Source: Chrysomallon squamiferum
Taxonomy: Eukaryota; Animalia; Mollusca
Assembly (NCBI GenBank): GCA_012295275.1
Contig: CM022667.1
Span: 12,710,001-12,774,000 of the forward strand
DNA length: 64,000 bases
Direction: 5' to 3'
Shown: piece by piece, positions 12,201-24,782 of the stretch
Layout of the letters: each line of letters starts with the position of its first letter
Position numbering within the stretch: position 1 is the stretch's first letter
Notes under the pieces: generated by a model
What the model was told of the DNA's origin: nothing
The model's database searches: none
The model's input: only the letters and a program-made list of their open reading frames with translations
Program-made: the position numbers and the translations under genes

Positions 12201-14476
12201 TGGAATTTTTGTGTGACCACATGGCATATGGCCTGTCATCGATAAATTGCACAAAGCATGGTAACAGTTGCACAATATGGGTTAACGTGGCAGTTTGCTT
12301 AAATTTGATCTCATTAATATTTAGTCAAACACTTTTTAGAAATAAAAATGTTACAAAAGAAATAATGTAAATTAAGTGAGCCCATAATTTTAGCTAACTA
12401 AATCTGGTGAAACTGAATTTAAAAAACAAAAACAACTCAGAATTTAATTCTTGAACTCAAAATGCAGTGAAATAAAATTTGTAAAATTTGGCTAATAAAA
12501 AAACAGTCCTGTTCAATTTATATTTGGTAACATGTGACTCTTCAGAATTTTTTGAAAACCTTATTTAAGTTTGGTGAGAACAAAATATTGATTCCTTTTA
12601 TCTATCCAGTACTTTTAAGTATCATTATTTGAAATTTAGGAATTCTGGATGTATTTTCCTTTTGAAATTTAAATTAAATTTATTACAGGGTCATACTGAA
12701 TTTAGTTTCATAAAAATAATAAATAAATAATTAAATTATTATTTTTTTTTATGTAAAAAATAAAACTGTTTTATTTTAGTTTTATTTTCAGAAAAAATTA
12801 CAAGATAATTTTGATTAGGAAAGAAAAATATTTTTCCTGATTAAACCCTATCTTGCACTATTCAGAATTCATTGGGTTGTGACATCAATATTAAAAGAGT
12901 TTGGCTCTCCCTGAAGCCACAGTGATTATTAATAATGGTGTGGTGTGGCCGATAGGGGACTGCCTGACCATAATGACGTGAGATATGGGTTTTGCAGTGA
13001 TCTTTAACATTGGTGATGTCTGATTACTCAACATAGCAGTAATCATGTGGCAGATGGAAGCAGTGTCTCAGCACAAGGCTTTTCACCCACAGACTGTTAG
13101 CAGGAAAGTACGCAGCGCCATTACACTGTGGCTTTTGCCTCTCCATCGCCCATCCCGGACGCATGTGCCTCTTGTGTAACATCCTAATTATGCCATATGT
13201 TGCTCTTTGAGGAGATTAAAAAAGCAGAAAAAGATGTTGATGGCAGTTTGTTCTGCCTGCTCAGTGAGGCACATTATGTAGGGGTAAAGTTAAGAGCTTC
13301 CTGTCTCACTCTAACCCATGTCCTTTTCTCAGCACTTGCAGTCCTAACCTCTGTGTCCATTCCATCTGCCACAGAAACAAGCTTCCTTGGTAAGACAATG
13401 GGAACAAAGGATTACACAAGCTATAAGGGGGTACTTGTGGCACTTGCCTCTTCCCAATGTCTTTGCTTCAGATTGGAGCACCAGTCAGAAAAGTCAGACA
13501 GGGCAGGCACAGGCAACCTTTCTCATAAAATTCATAAGTTGGGCCTGGCAAAACAGGAAAATTAAAACTTTCCCCAGACAATGGAGACAAAAAGACAAAG
13601 AGAAAAAAAAATCAATAGCAGAGCAGGCAGTTTGTGAACCTCAGCTGTGCAGGTTTGCCACCCTTTTATCACAGAGTTTGTTGTAAGCCTGTGTCTGCAA
13701 CTGCTTCTGTTGGAACCATATGCACCCAGTGTTTTGGGGCTACAGGCTCATTATGCCAGCCAAACCAATTAAAAGTTGTTTTGTTAGGGTGTTCACACTG
13801 GCAGCTGATGGTGTTTTCCCCCTTATAATGTAGACTTTCTAACTGCACACCCATGGTCTGGCCTTTTGTCGGGGTCCTGTTTGATTCTGTTCAGCTGTTG
13901 TGTACCAACTGCTTGCACAGGCTCTTTCTAGTCATCTTGCAATTTTAAATTTGTTTAATTACATACAAAAAGCCCAGGTGATTGGGCTTGTTTTTTTAGA
14001 CAGTAAAAGAGCTGTGCACATTGCATGCTAAGAAAATTGAAGTGCTGGCAACTGGCAGGGAGGAAATTAAATCTGATTAATATGGGAAGAAAGATATGGG
14101 TCTCATTTGCTACAGGCTTCACCTGCTTGTCACACCCAGCCTCGTAATCGTCCATCACAGAAATGGCACATAATCCTTAGAACATTGCACTAGCACATTG
14201 TCATTGACTCAACAGACCATTTGATTCTATATAATAAAGCTATTTATGAAAGCAGCTGATTTTATTATGGCTTTTTTTGTCTTTGAACAGGTGGAAGACC
14301 AAATGTTACGAGAGCAGATTGAGCAATATCAGAGACGATTACAAGATTTTGACGAGCGCCAGCGCCAGTACCAACAAGAGGAGCGAGAAAGGCAGGCCGA
14401 GACAGAAGCAGAGGTAGTAGAAGCATTATTGTGTATTTCCGACAGCTGTAAAAACCAGTCCCATCAAAACTCATGA
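568..14476 (+). CDS. CBFB: Core-binding factor subunit beta (CBFB/Brother-like), gene span of isoform A (exon 5 read-through), 195 aa
   Basis: Exons 568-645, 819-905, 1728-1847, 10930-11046 and 14291-14476, all GT-AG and phase 0. Translation MPRVVTDQRGKFENDELFRKLSRECE/VRYTGFRDRPQEERQLRFQTECREGHADI/AFVGTGTNLHL.../VHLKSQFIMNGVCVVWRGWIDLHRLDGVGSLQFDEDRAE closely matches CBF-beta; intron positions match those recalled for vertebrate CBFB. Confidence 0.97.
819..905 (+). CDS. CBFB: CBFB coding exon 2
   Basis: ttttcag|VRYTGFRDRPQEERQLRFQTECREGHADI|gtgagt; 87 nt. Confidence 0.97.
1582..1671. repeat. (GTA)n microsatellite
   Basis: Direct inspection. Confidence 0.95.
1728..1847 (+). CDS. CBFB: CBFB coding exon 3
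   Basis: ttttag|AFVGTGTNLHLSFTANAWSDKPEDRVPTQEFVNFDMDRGK|gtaagt; 120 nt. Confidence 0.96.
3218..3294. repeat. (CT)n microsatellite
   Basis: Direct inspection. Confidence 0.95.
5400..5660. promoter_or_regulatory. Candidate intronic enhancer (Runx + E-box)
   Basis: GC/CpG-rich island; TGTGGTT 5407, CAGGTG 5422 and 5574, CAGCTG 5625. Confidence 0.4.
6325..6550. promoter_or_regulatory. Candidate intronic enhancer (Runx x3, E-box x2, CRE)
   Basis: TGTGGTT 6331 and 6349, TGTGGTC 6486, CAGGTG 6345, CACCTG 6425, TGACGTCA 6468-6475. Confidence 0.45.
8625..9000. promoter_or_regulatory. Candidate enhancer or alternative promoter with nuclear-receptor half-site cluster
   Basis: About 10 TGACC/GGTCA half-sites, TGACTCA 8648, CGCCCACGC 8703, TGTGGTT 8714, TGACCTTGA 8782; GC-rich and CpG-retaining. 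Confidence 0.5.
9125..9238. repeat. poly(A)/(AAT)n microsatellite
   Basis: Direct inspection. Confidence 0.95.
10930..11046 (+). CDS. CBFB: CBFB coding exon 4
   Basis: ttttacag|VHLKSQFIMNGVCVVWRGWIDLHRLDGVGSLQFDEDRAE|gtgaga; 117 nt. Confidence 0.97.
14291..14476 (+). CDS. CBFB: CBFB coding exon 5 (internal donor after 14413, or read-through to TGA at 14474-14476)
   Basis: tgaacag|VEDQMLREQIEQYQRRLQDFDERQRQYQQEERERQAETEAE, then either donor GAG|gtagta or read-through VVEALLCISDSCKNQSHQNS*. Confidence 0.9.
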   Translation: MEDQMLREQIEQYQRRLQDFDERQRQYQQEERERQAETEAEVVEALLCISDSCKNQSHQNS

Positions 14477-17400
14477 CCGTCATGTGTCGCACACACTTTG
14501 TTTTTAATCTGTTGACTGGATGCACTCCCAGCTTCACCATGTTGAGATTTGTGTGTCTCTTCCCTATGTCAGACAGCTTTCATTATTTTTAGCAAACTTT
14601 GTTTCCTCTTTACGTCCAAGACATCTGTCCACATCTGTGATATCTAGCATTTACTTTATCTTGCATGTAATTTTTAATCCTTTTTTCTTTTTTCACTAAA
14701 TCTTTAAGTTTGTTGTGGTACCCAAAGTTTGCTAAAAGAAATTTAACCTGTCTCAATTTCTGTAATATAAAAGACATTTTATATATATATATATATACTT
14801 ATGATTTATTTGACATAAGTGTTCACAGTTCCAGTATTATATGCCTATAAGTCTAGCAAATGAAGACAATAGGTGAAAAATATATTTGAACAATGATTTT
14901 AATGGGCTACCTTTTAAAGATATATTATATTTATGAAAAAATAAATTTGTATGAATTTATATAAATATCAGTTATGAAATGTATTCCAGTATTTTGTATT
15001 TAATGACAGAATATGAAGCTGGTGCCAAAAATTAAGATTTATTGTTAAATATATTTATTATAATGAATGAGACATTAAAAAAAAATGTATTTCAGGATTG
15101 TTCATAGAGATATTTTTGATATACCAATTGTTACTGATTTAAATATTGAAAATTTTATAGATTTATTTTGTTTCTGTTTTTTTTTTCTGTTGTTCAGCAT
15201 GTTTGTTTTTAATTGCATGACCTGCTTTTTATGTTGTTACTTACTGTTAGGCTTATAGGTGGGTCTTTACTTGTATATTATAAGATATACTTCTTAATAT
15301 TTGTAAATGTAAACATATTTGTAGATATATTAATATTGGTAATCTGTGAAAATTATTTAGAAGAAATGGTATGACCGTTGAAAGATTTTATGGCAGCTTG
15401 TGTTGAGAACAGATCAGGGATATTTGTGTTTGTTTGTTCTAGTCATGTCAGACAAAAAATAAATCTTAAGTTTTTATGTTTTTAAACAGTGTACATAGTC
15501 TATTTTTATACAGAATTTATTATGAACATGTAATTCCTAAGAAAAAGGAAAATGTTTTTATATTTTTTCATGCATTAATATCATGCTCTTTCACATACAT
15601 CTTAAAGCTAGAAAGTTGTTTCCTTCATGGATTAAAAATATCTTTGTTTCATTAATATTTTTATAAATAAATTTAAAACAAACCTATAGTTTGCTTGCTT
15701 TTATTTATTTGTTGTTTATTTCTGTTTTTTGCTTTATTATGGTTTGTAACAGGTCAGCAGTGTGATGTGTTACCTAACTCTCCTCCTAAAGACTAAGAGC
15801 ACTACACTGCATCTCATGATTTTTCTCAAGCAACAAGACCAACTGTTGGTATTTGACAATAGGGGAAAAAAATCAATACTGAGGGACAAAAATTGGGAGT
15901 TATCTGCCCCTGTTTAACCTGCAGCTTTATGCAAGAGATGCAGTAAATTTGAAATGCTAGATCAGACTAGAAAATGTAGCAGTGAGGGTTGGTTCTTTGG
16001 AGGTTAATATTTGTGGCCCAAGATTAACATGGCTGATCAATTATAAACATAAATTATCTCATATAAAATATACTTTTCTTTGTTCTTAACAAAAGTTATT
16101 ATCTTTGAAGCTTTAATTTTTCTTTGAGAAAGATTTTTGATAAATGTATGACTGATATAATGTATGGTTTTCAGTTATCAAACTAATAAAAAAAACAAAA
16201 ACATAAAATATATTTTAATAGAAATTAAGAACCAGAGGTCACAGTGACATAAAAGTCATAATTTCTCCACTCATGTGAAATTCTATTGTTCTTTTACAGT
16301 TTTTCTTTTCTTGAAGTTTTTTCACTTTCAAAAATAGTTTGGGAGGGTTTCTTCATATTTTACATTTATAGATAATAGATTCATTTTTAAAATTCTTGCT
16401 GAGTTACAGTTATGGAAAAACATACATACAAGTCCATATTACAGGATAAACTATAATAGAATTTGTTAATGGGAGAGTTTGAATGTTACATGAAAGAGCA
16501 GGTGTTTACTTCCCAATGGTTCAGATCAAATTTCATTTATCAAAAAACCATTTACAATACTATGAAAATGTTTTTTTTTCTCTCTTTTTTTTCTTCAATG
16601 AAGTATTTGTAACTCATCTTTTAAATGTCTGTTTACTTTTTCTTTGTCATTTATTTATAAAACCACACAGAGTATTTATTTTAAAACAGTTTTTATTGTG
16701 AAAGATGTCCAAGAATTTATTACAATTTATGAATCTGGAAACCCTAAATTAGGTGTACATTTGTTTGTAATTTTCAAAAGTATTTCTTTTATATGTAATT
16801 TTGGTAATATTGTTAAATAAATTAAATTAAGTTATATAAACTATCATTATGCAGTAATTATGATATGGTTATTTTCTCAGTTGTTAACATTAAATTAAAA
16901 ACTATATGTTTATGAAGCAAAGAAATCCAAAGATTTATAATAATGGTAATTCTCTGAAATTAAAAAATAACAAATGATTAAAAATAGAAATATAAAGTGA
17001 TGTCTATTTTCACATGTACAAAATTAGTAAAACATTTTTGAATAAGCAAACTCCCAAATGGGTGTCTAAATATCGAGAATATAGATTGTGGTATAAAAGA
17101 ACATACTTCGAAGAACAGCAAAAACCTGTTGATCATAGAGATCTATTAAGGAGGAGAGGTTTGTTTCTTAACAGTGGTTTCACATTTTGTGGTGTTGTGC
17201 ATTTGTTCTTTGTGTTTGAAGATTTTTTTTTGTGTGTTTATTTGTCACCAATGGTCTACATGTTATTATCACAGATATGTTTTTATTTATTAATTTTTTT
17301 TTATAAGCATGTCTGGTTTTTGTCTTTGTGATACTCATTTTAAACTAGAAAACCTAACTTTGAAATAAAATAACCTTGGAGTAAATCCATATTAATCAGT

Positions 17401-18158
17401 GATATCATTTAATATTCTTTGAAAGGAAATGGGATTTAGATATATATTAACATAACAACATTAATACATCCCGAAAAAACATTTAATATTATTTATTTAT
17501 TTTTAAATAAATTTGAAAATACAACTGAGCTGACTTAATCGAATAAAAATTTGAAATTGAAAGTTGAATTTTTAAAAGCACTTTCTTTAACTGCACTTAA
17601 ACCCCTTCGTTCTGGCCAACACTCACAGTGTGCTATTTTATGTCGACAGGGGTACCTAAAGCATTTAAGAGCAAGTGAAACAAGTGATGGCAAATGTCAA
17701 AGTCTGTCAAATTCATCGGAGCAAGACCTACCTGTCGGCTTTTTATCAAAGAGAAGCCATGATGGGGAGAAGTTCGTTTCAAAGTAAGGGATTCTATAAG
17801 CCATTATTAAGTGATTTATTTGCTCAAAAGAACAATGTAAATTATTGCAATTATCTAGTGATACATTTATAAAGAATTTTCTTCACAAGGATCGTGTAGG
17901 ATTTATTTTTATTTAAAAAAAAAAATAAAAAAGAAAAGAAACAAAATTGTAGACCATTGGTGTGCAGGATTGATATTGCATTGTTTTATGTATTTTTTTA
18001 ATTTTATTTTTTTTTAATATTTTTTTTATAAAATGTTTTTTACTTATATATATAATCTTTTTATTTCTTAAAGTATTTACTGGCAAATTTTTTTTTTTTT
18101 TTTCAAGCACATGAAGAAGGTATCAAGCTATACGTATTTGTTGAAATACTTGTTTAAA

Positions 18159-18192
<34 letters not shown>

Positions 18193-19113
18193 TTAATAAA
18201 TTGTCTCATTGATTAACTTACAGTCGGTATTTTGAACTTTATAGTTCAGCCTAAATATTGGAGAAAAACATTTTAAGTAATGTAACAGAACCATATTTAT
18301 AATCAAAATAAAAAAATTTAAACCATTTTTTTCTAACCATCTAAACTACTGAATCTAATAAAGTTCTAGTATTATCTGTTGGGTTCAGCTACATCATTGT
18401 ATGTTCGGTTTTCCAGTATTGTCTGATTCAGTGCCTTAGGGTCAAACTTCAATTTTTTATTATCATTAGTATTATTATTTTTTTTTTTTTTCAAACAATT
18501 ACTTGTCCTCAATCAAGTGTTCTTTACACAAACTACCTTCTGCTATTGATCAAGAAAGAGCCACTTCAGTGAAAATTGTCTTTTTCTGTTTTCTAAATAT
18601 TATATAACCTTTCAAAGACTGGTTTGTGAAACCTAATCTCTAACTATTAAAACATTTTGACTTTAATCACCATCACCTACAAATATATTTATTAACTTCA
18701 GCTGTAGTATTTGTTGTCTTCCATCACCTGGTCTGAGTAATGTCAATTACAGAATGACTCTTCAGTGGTGTTCTTTTGTCCACTGTCGCTTCATTGGACA
18801 CGAGAACCTTTGTATTGATGTTACGGCTCTTTAAAGTGAAATTACGAGAAAGGAGTTCTCTTTCCACTAGTGGTCTTGCTGGGACAGTGAGTTTGCTAAA
18901 TGGTCCAGTCTAATTGATTCATTCTTCATGACCTGCCACAAGACATCATTGTTAGCTACGATCCATTGAGAATTGTTAATTGGTTTAACCCTTTAAACCA
19001 TTTTTTATATATATGTAATGTTTATTTTTATTATTTTTCACAAATTTTATAACCTTTATCATCATTATTAATTATTATTATTATTATTTTTATTATTGTT
19101 ATTGTTGTTGTTA

Positions 19114-19148
<35 letters not shown>

Positions 19149-19286
19149 AATATTTGTTCAAAAACCTCCCAAAACCCATAATTTTGTTTAACAAATGAAA
19201 TGTTTAAAAAACATATTTCTTTCCCTAGGCTAATTATAATTATTATTTTATTTCAGTTAATTAAAATTTTTATTATTTTATCCTAC

Positions 19287-19318
<32 letters not shown>

Positions 19319-22259
19319 TAAAGGAAAATTGTCTTTCAACATTACAGCAAATCCTCTTGTGAACCCAAAATGTCTTTGTATCAATCATATACACTTGAAA
19401 ACAGATGGTAAATTGATTTTTAAAGTGAAAAATCATGATATTGTAAATAAATAAAGGATGGTCCTCTTTCCGTTTACTATTGTATTTCTGGAGCTTATTA
19501 ACAGTGGAAAAGGGTGACCATATCCCTATGACCTTATATGATTCAACAAAGCCAGTCCAGCTTTGAAGAAGGAACGAAAGAAAGTTTGAGTCACAATTAG
19601 TTGTCCAGTCTCATTATATGGTCTGTGTGGTTCAGGGGACATTATAAAGAATCTAAATGTAATTGAACTCGGCTTTACAGGAGGTTGATGGAATTATTAT
19701 TATTTTTTTATTAGTATTTGAGGAAGCGTGGCAGTAAATATGGCATATGGATGAATAATTGTTGAAATTAAGTGAAAATGTTTTGTCACTTGTAAATTGG
19801 CTGGTGTTGGTTGTTCACTGTTTGAAAAAAAAAGAAAAAAAAAAATCTTTTATGTGTGGCCCAGATCATAGAAACTGAGAAGCTGTATCTGTTCATTTGT
19901 TTAAATTAGTTGTATTTTTTTTCATTTTTGTTGAATCTTTTTGGTGTTAAATGGATATCGTATTCTTTGTGTCTGTTATCTGAATACCATATTAGAAAAT
20001 AGATATTTTAATTAAAAACTAAATTTTATTAGTAGCCAAACAAAATTTGAAAAAGAGGTAAATTGTGCAATAATGATATCTACAAATTATTATTAATATC
20101 ATCATTTTCATTTTTACTAATTTATGAGAGAATTTCTGTTGAAAATATTTTATTATTGCATTTGTGACATATTTGTTTTTGAATTAATTATACACAGAAA
20201 AAAGGTTAAATTAATTTCATTTGGTTCACACGAGGCTGAAATATTTCATATTATTTAAATTTCTGTTGGGTCTGTATTTCTTTTTCATTGATCTGTTAAT
20301 CTTTAACTTTCCCATAACTAAGCCAAGAAAAAATTCATCTCAGTAATCCATTAACCTCTGCCTTACTATAAATACATTTTCAGTTATTATTATTAATATT
20401 ATTTTTATTATTTTGCAGTCAGCTAAAAATTGAACTTCTAAATTGTTTGTTTCAGTTCTTTTTTTTCTTTTTTTTCTTTTAATAAAATAAAAATGTCTAA
20501 TTTATCAAGGGTTTATTAAACAAAGTATTTTGTTTCTTTATATTCATTGTTATTTGATGGCAGTCAGAAGTAATTATTATCACATGAGATTGTGTCACTT
20601 CAGAATCACAATAAGTTTTCCTATAACAATACATCAAACATATGTTTTTTACAGTCATGTTTTTACTTCTTTTTTTCTTCAAAATTACCAGTTATTATTA
20701 TTTTTATTTTTTTTTTTTACATAACAATAACAGAAAGTATTGATAATTATAAAATCATTTATTATATTTTTTCTAGACTTCCTATTCAACTTCATAAGTG
20801 TCACTGAATTTTTATTTCATTCCTCTGTTTTCAGTGTTCCTCTCTCTCCCTATTGTCCTTTTACATTTCTGATTACCATTGTTTTCATTTCATTTATCAG
20901 TTGTCAGGAGTTCAAACGAGCAACCCTTCACCATAAGGGTGGATAATAATTTGTTTTTTGCTTTCCATAATTACGAAATAATGGCCAGACCTCATTGTTG
21001 TCACCTCATATCAGAGATATATTTTGAGATATTAAAGAGGATATAATTTATTTTTCATCGCATCTGGCTCATAGATTTTATAATCATAGATGTTGATGAG
21101 GGACACCCCTAGTGTTCAGGTGTCGCCCTGGTGTTGGGTGGAGAGGTTCTGATATAACTGATGCATTCAACCATGTAACAATGTTGACACGTCCATCCAT
21201 CATTTGTCTGAGTGTACGTGTGTCTCTGTTCTTGCTGGATCTCACAAACCAGTTCAGTTGATCTGTCTGTCCACACTGAGAACAATAAAAGGTCTTGGTA
21301 GTTTCCCCGTACTCTACACACTATAGCTTGTTGAACGTTTGTAAACCTAACACAGAGCTTTTATCACTTAACATCACATAGCGGTCTCGGTCTCAACACT
21401 CAGATTATTTTCTAAAGAAAAAAACACTTTTTAAGAAGGAAAAAAAAATAAAGAAGTAAAATGTTCCGTAAACTGACACTTCTTTTTATCCTCCATTACA
21501 AGGCTTTGACCAAAAAAAAAAATTAAAAAAATGTTTTCTTCCTTCTTGGCTGGAGATGAGATTGTGAAAAGCTGTGAAATTTTTAATTGTGTTAATTTGA
21601 CGGGAATGGTTGGATTGAAAAAGGTGAGCAATCCACCTGTGATGCATGTGTCCAACTCCCATAGAGTTAAGAGCTGTTGACAATTCTTTCAGAGAAAAAA
21701 GGAAAGCATTAGGTTTCACAAATAACTATTTACACTATGTGTTTGACATAGGCAGTAAATAATAGTCCCTCGAAGTTTTGTAAAAAGTGAAATAATGAAA
21801 ATAGCTAGTAGCAAAACTGTATTTAAAAAAAAAAAAAAAAAAATCTGTTTATGTTCATAAATTGTATGGAAGAAATTACACACATCATAGTTTGACTTGG
21901 AAACTGATTTTTTTTCTTCAAAAAAAAAAATAAAGAAGTAATGTAACGGTTAACTGAACAAAGGTTAATCTGTGACAATAATTGAGTCTTTTCTTGCAGA
22001 CTATTAAGAAAATGTGTTAAATATTGTGTTCAAAATTGAGCCAAGAGTAAATTACTTAAATGATTTTAAAAATTTGCTAATTTTAATGGGCCAGCCAAAT
22101 GAGAAATTTGAGAAATAGTAATTACTGCTCTTTGAAGACAAAATACATTAGAGCATCTAATAAAATACAAAATCTTTATTTTTATCTTTTCATTCAACTT
22201 TATTGTTATTGTTATTTTATTTTATTTATTTTTTTAAATTTTTTAAATTTTATTTAATT

Positions 22260-22412
22260 ATTATTTTTATTTTTATTTTTATTTTTATTTTTATTTTTAT
22301 GTTTATGTTTATGTTTATGTTTATGTTTATGTTTATTGCTATTGCTATTGTTATTGTTATTGTTATTGTTATTAGTATTAGTATTATTATTATTTTATTA
22401 TTATTATTATAT
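22260..22412. repeat. Compound hexamer microsatellite
   Basis: Blocks of ttattt, ttatgt, ctattg/ttattg and ttagta. Confidence 0.9.
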
Positions 22413-23787
22413 TAAAATTTATTTTTTTGGGTATTATTATAATTATTATTTAAAGCAGTATTAGGAATTTAAGTACATTTAGTAACATTTGTATAAAATA
22501 TTTTAATTGGTACTGTTTTATTATGTCATAATACTTGTAAGATAATCAGGTTGTTTAATCTATATATCAATGCAACATTAGCAAAAACCTGTTCTATAAA
22601 GATTATTTTTATTTCACTTAATATTTTAGTTTTCATATTTAAATAAACCCACCCCTTCCAAAAACAACCCCAAAACTCTGCAGTTTAACATTGTGCTTAT
22701 GTTGCACTGTCTGAAATCAAGGAATTATTTTTTGTTTCAACACTGACCCCATAAGGAATAATTTTTTTTATCAGTCTGTAATTTGTATCATGTTTCTTTT
22801 ATTAGGTATTGATCATGCCAACAAAATATTTTAATGGTTATTTTATTTCACTGTCAGTCACCTCATATTTAACATGCATGAAAAGATAAATAGATTACAT
22901 TTTGTTCTTGAAAGTGTTTATGATCTTTTGCTTAGACTTTTTACACTGTGCATGATGCTGTAGTTATCCCCATCACGTGCTTGCCTTTGATGGGCAGACA
23001 GCTACATAAACATAAAGTGGTAGTTTTTTGTTATTGTCAGGAGATTGGATAGGCAGTTTACTCAGTCTGTTGTTGAGCGAGGAGAAGAAAGGCGTTGACA
23101 GTTTGTATGATATAAGTGTAAACAAACACAACTGTCAGACTAAAGTGGCCATCTTTCTATAGGAAGTGAGTTTTCAAACTGCACAGTAACGGAGTTGAAT
23201 TACCAACACTTGTTATTACACTTACATTTTGTTAAGAGGCTGTCATGGGTAATTATTTGTACAAGATCTAGTTGATTGTTAGGGAGGAGAGGGCATTGTT
23301 TAACAAGTTTACTGCCGCTGTTTGAATCTGTCAACGCTTGCTTGTTAGTAGTTACACAGCAGATGGTTCACTGACCCACCAATGACCATTGAGTGTCCTG
23401 TCACTTGATGCAGGGTGACCACTTCTGAACCCACCCTCAGAGAGCCGAGAACAAATCAATCAATGTTTAACTAGTAAGATATTCTTCCACTAACTCTAAT
23501 TCAATGAAGACACGAGACCTCTTTGCTGAGGGCAGTTGTTACAGATCAAAGTTTAGAGACTTCAGCCCCTGGCAATTCTCTTACATGTTGATACAAATGA
23601 CCTTGGTCATAGGGTCAACAATAAGGGACAATAAAGTGAAATATGAACACCTTCTTTTACAAGATATTGTACAAGCACTGCCAGACAATCTGGGGTGTAT
23701 TTTTAGTTGTCTTCAGCCAGCTAGGAAATGGCATAAAAATGGACACTATATGCTAAATAAGTTTGACAATATTTGTTAGACAATGAT

Positions 23788-23818
<31 letters not shown>

Positions 23819-24714
23819 AAATTAATAATAATAATAATAATAAAATATAATAAAAATAATAATAATGGATAAAAAAAAGGATACAAATTATTTCAAGCTT
23901 TCAAAATATTTTCCTTTTGTTTTAGAGAATACCCATTTAACATTTTAACATATGTATTAAATTTGTTCTGTGATAAAAGGTTTTGTTAAAATTTTATTTA
24001 TTTTATTTTTATATTTTTTTTTTTTTTTTTCATTGAAATGTTTATGCTGTAATTATATAACAGTTTTCTGAATACATTTTCAGTAATATAAAAGAATGAA
24101 ACAAATCAAAGAAAAAATAAAACAAAAACAACAACAAAAAAAAGATCGAAAGATAATGAAAAAAAATAATGCTTGCATATTTGTGGTTTCTGAAATCTCG
24201 TGGTGGCTAACCGCAATTTTGTTCATCTGCCGCAACACATTTAAGGGTAAAGAAAATAGACCTGACCTTTTGAGGAAGTTTATTTTTTAAAGAAGACTTA
24301 GTGCATAATTTATTGGGTGGTGTGCAATGACTCACTAAATAAAGTGTATTCACGTCTATTGAATCTGCAGTCTCTTTCACAACGCTGGGACATCTTGTTC
24401 GCCTTATCAAGACATGTGAATGGATTTTCGTTTGGTGTTCCTTCCCGTACTTGATCACTTTTATTCAAATTCAATTAGCCCTTTGTGTATGATCTGATTT
24501 AATGATCCCTAGGCTTATTCACTTGTGATGTAATCTGTTTGTCTAAAGCTGCAAAAACGTTTTGTCGGGATTAGAATATCCTAAATACCCTTATACTGCT
24601 GTTTCATTATTAACAAGAATAGAATGCTTTGCACTGTGCAGTCTCTGTGTGTGTGTGTGTGGTTTTTTTTATCTTTTTTTTTTCTTTCTTGTTCCTTTAG
24701 CCCTGTTTTTTTTT

Positions 24715-24782
<68 letters not shown>

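Noticed and set aside
13197-13854. Overlapping 60-120 aa ORFs in CBFB intron 4 as a nested gene
   Set aside because: No recognisable domain, no consistent splice structure, and ORFs occur on both strands.
17014-17331. Protein-like ORF (KQTPKWVSKYREYRLWY...)
   Set aside because: No recognised homology or good acceptor; it runs into low-complexity T-rich sequence.
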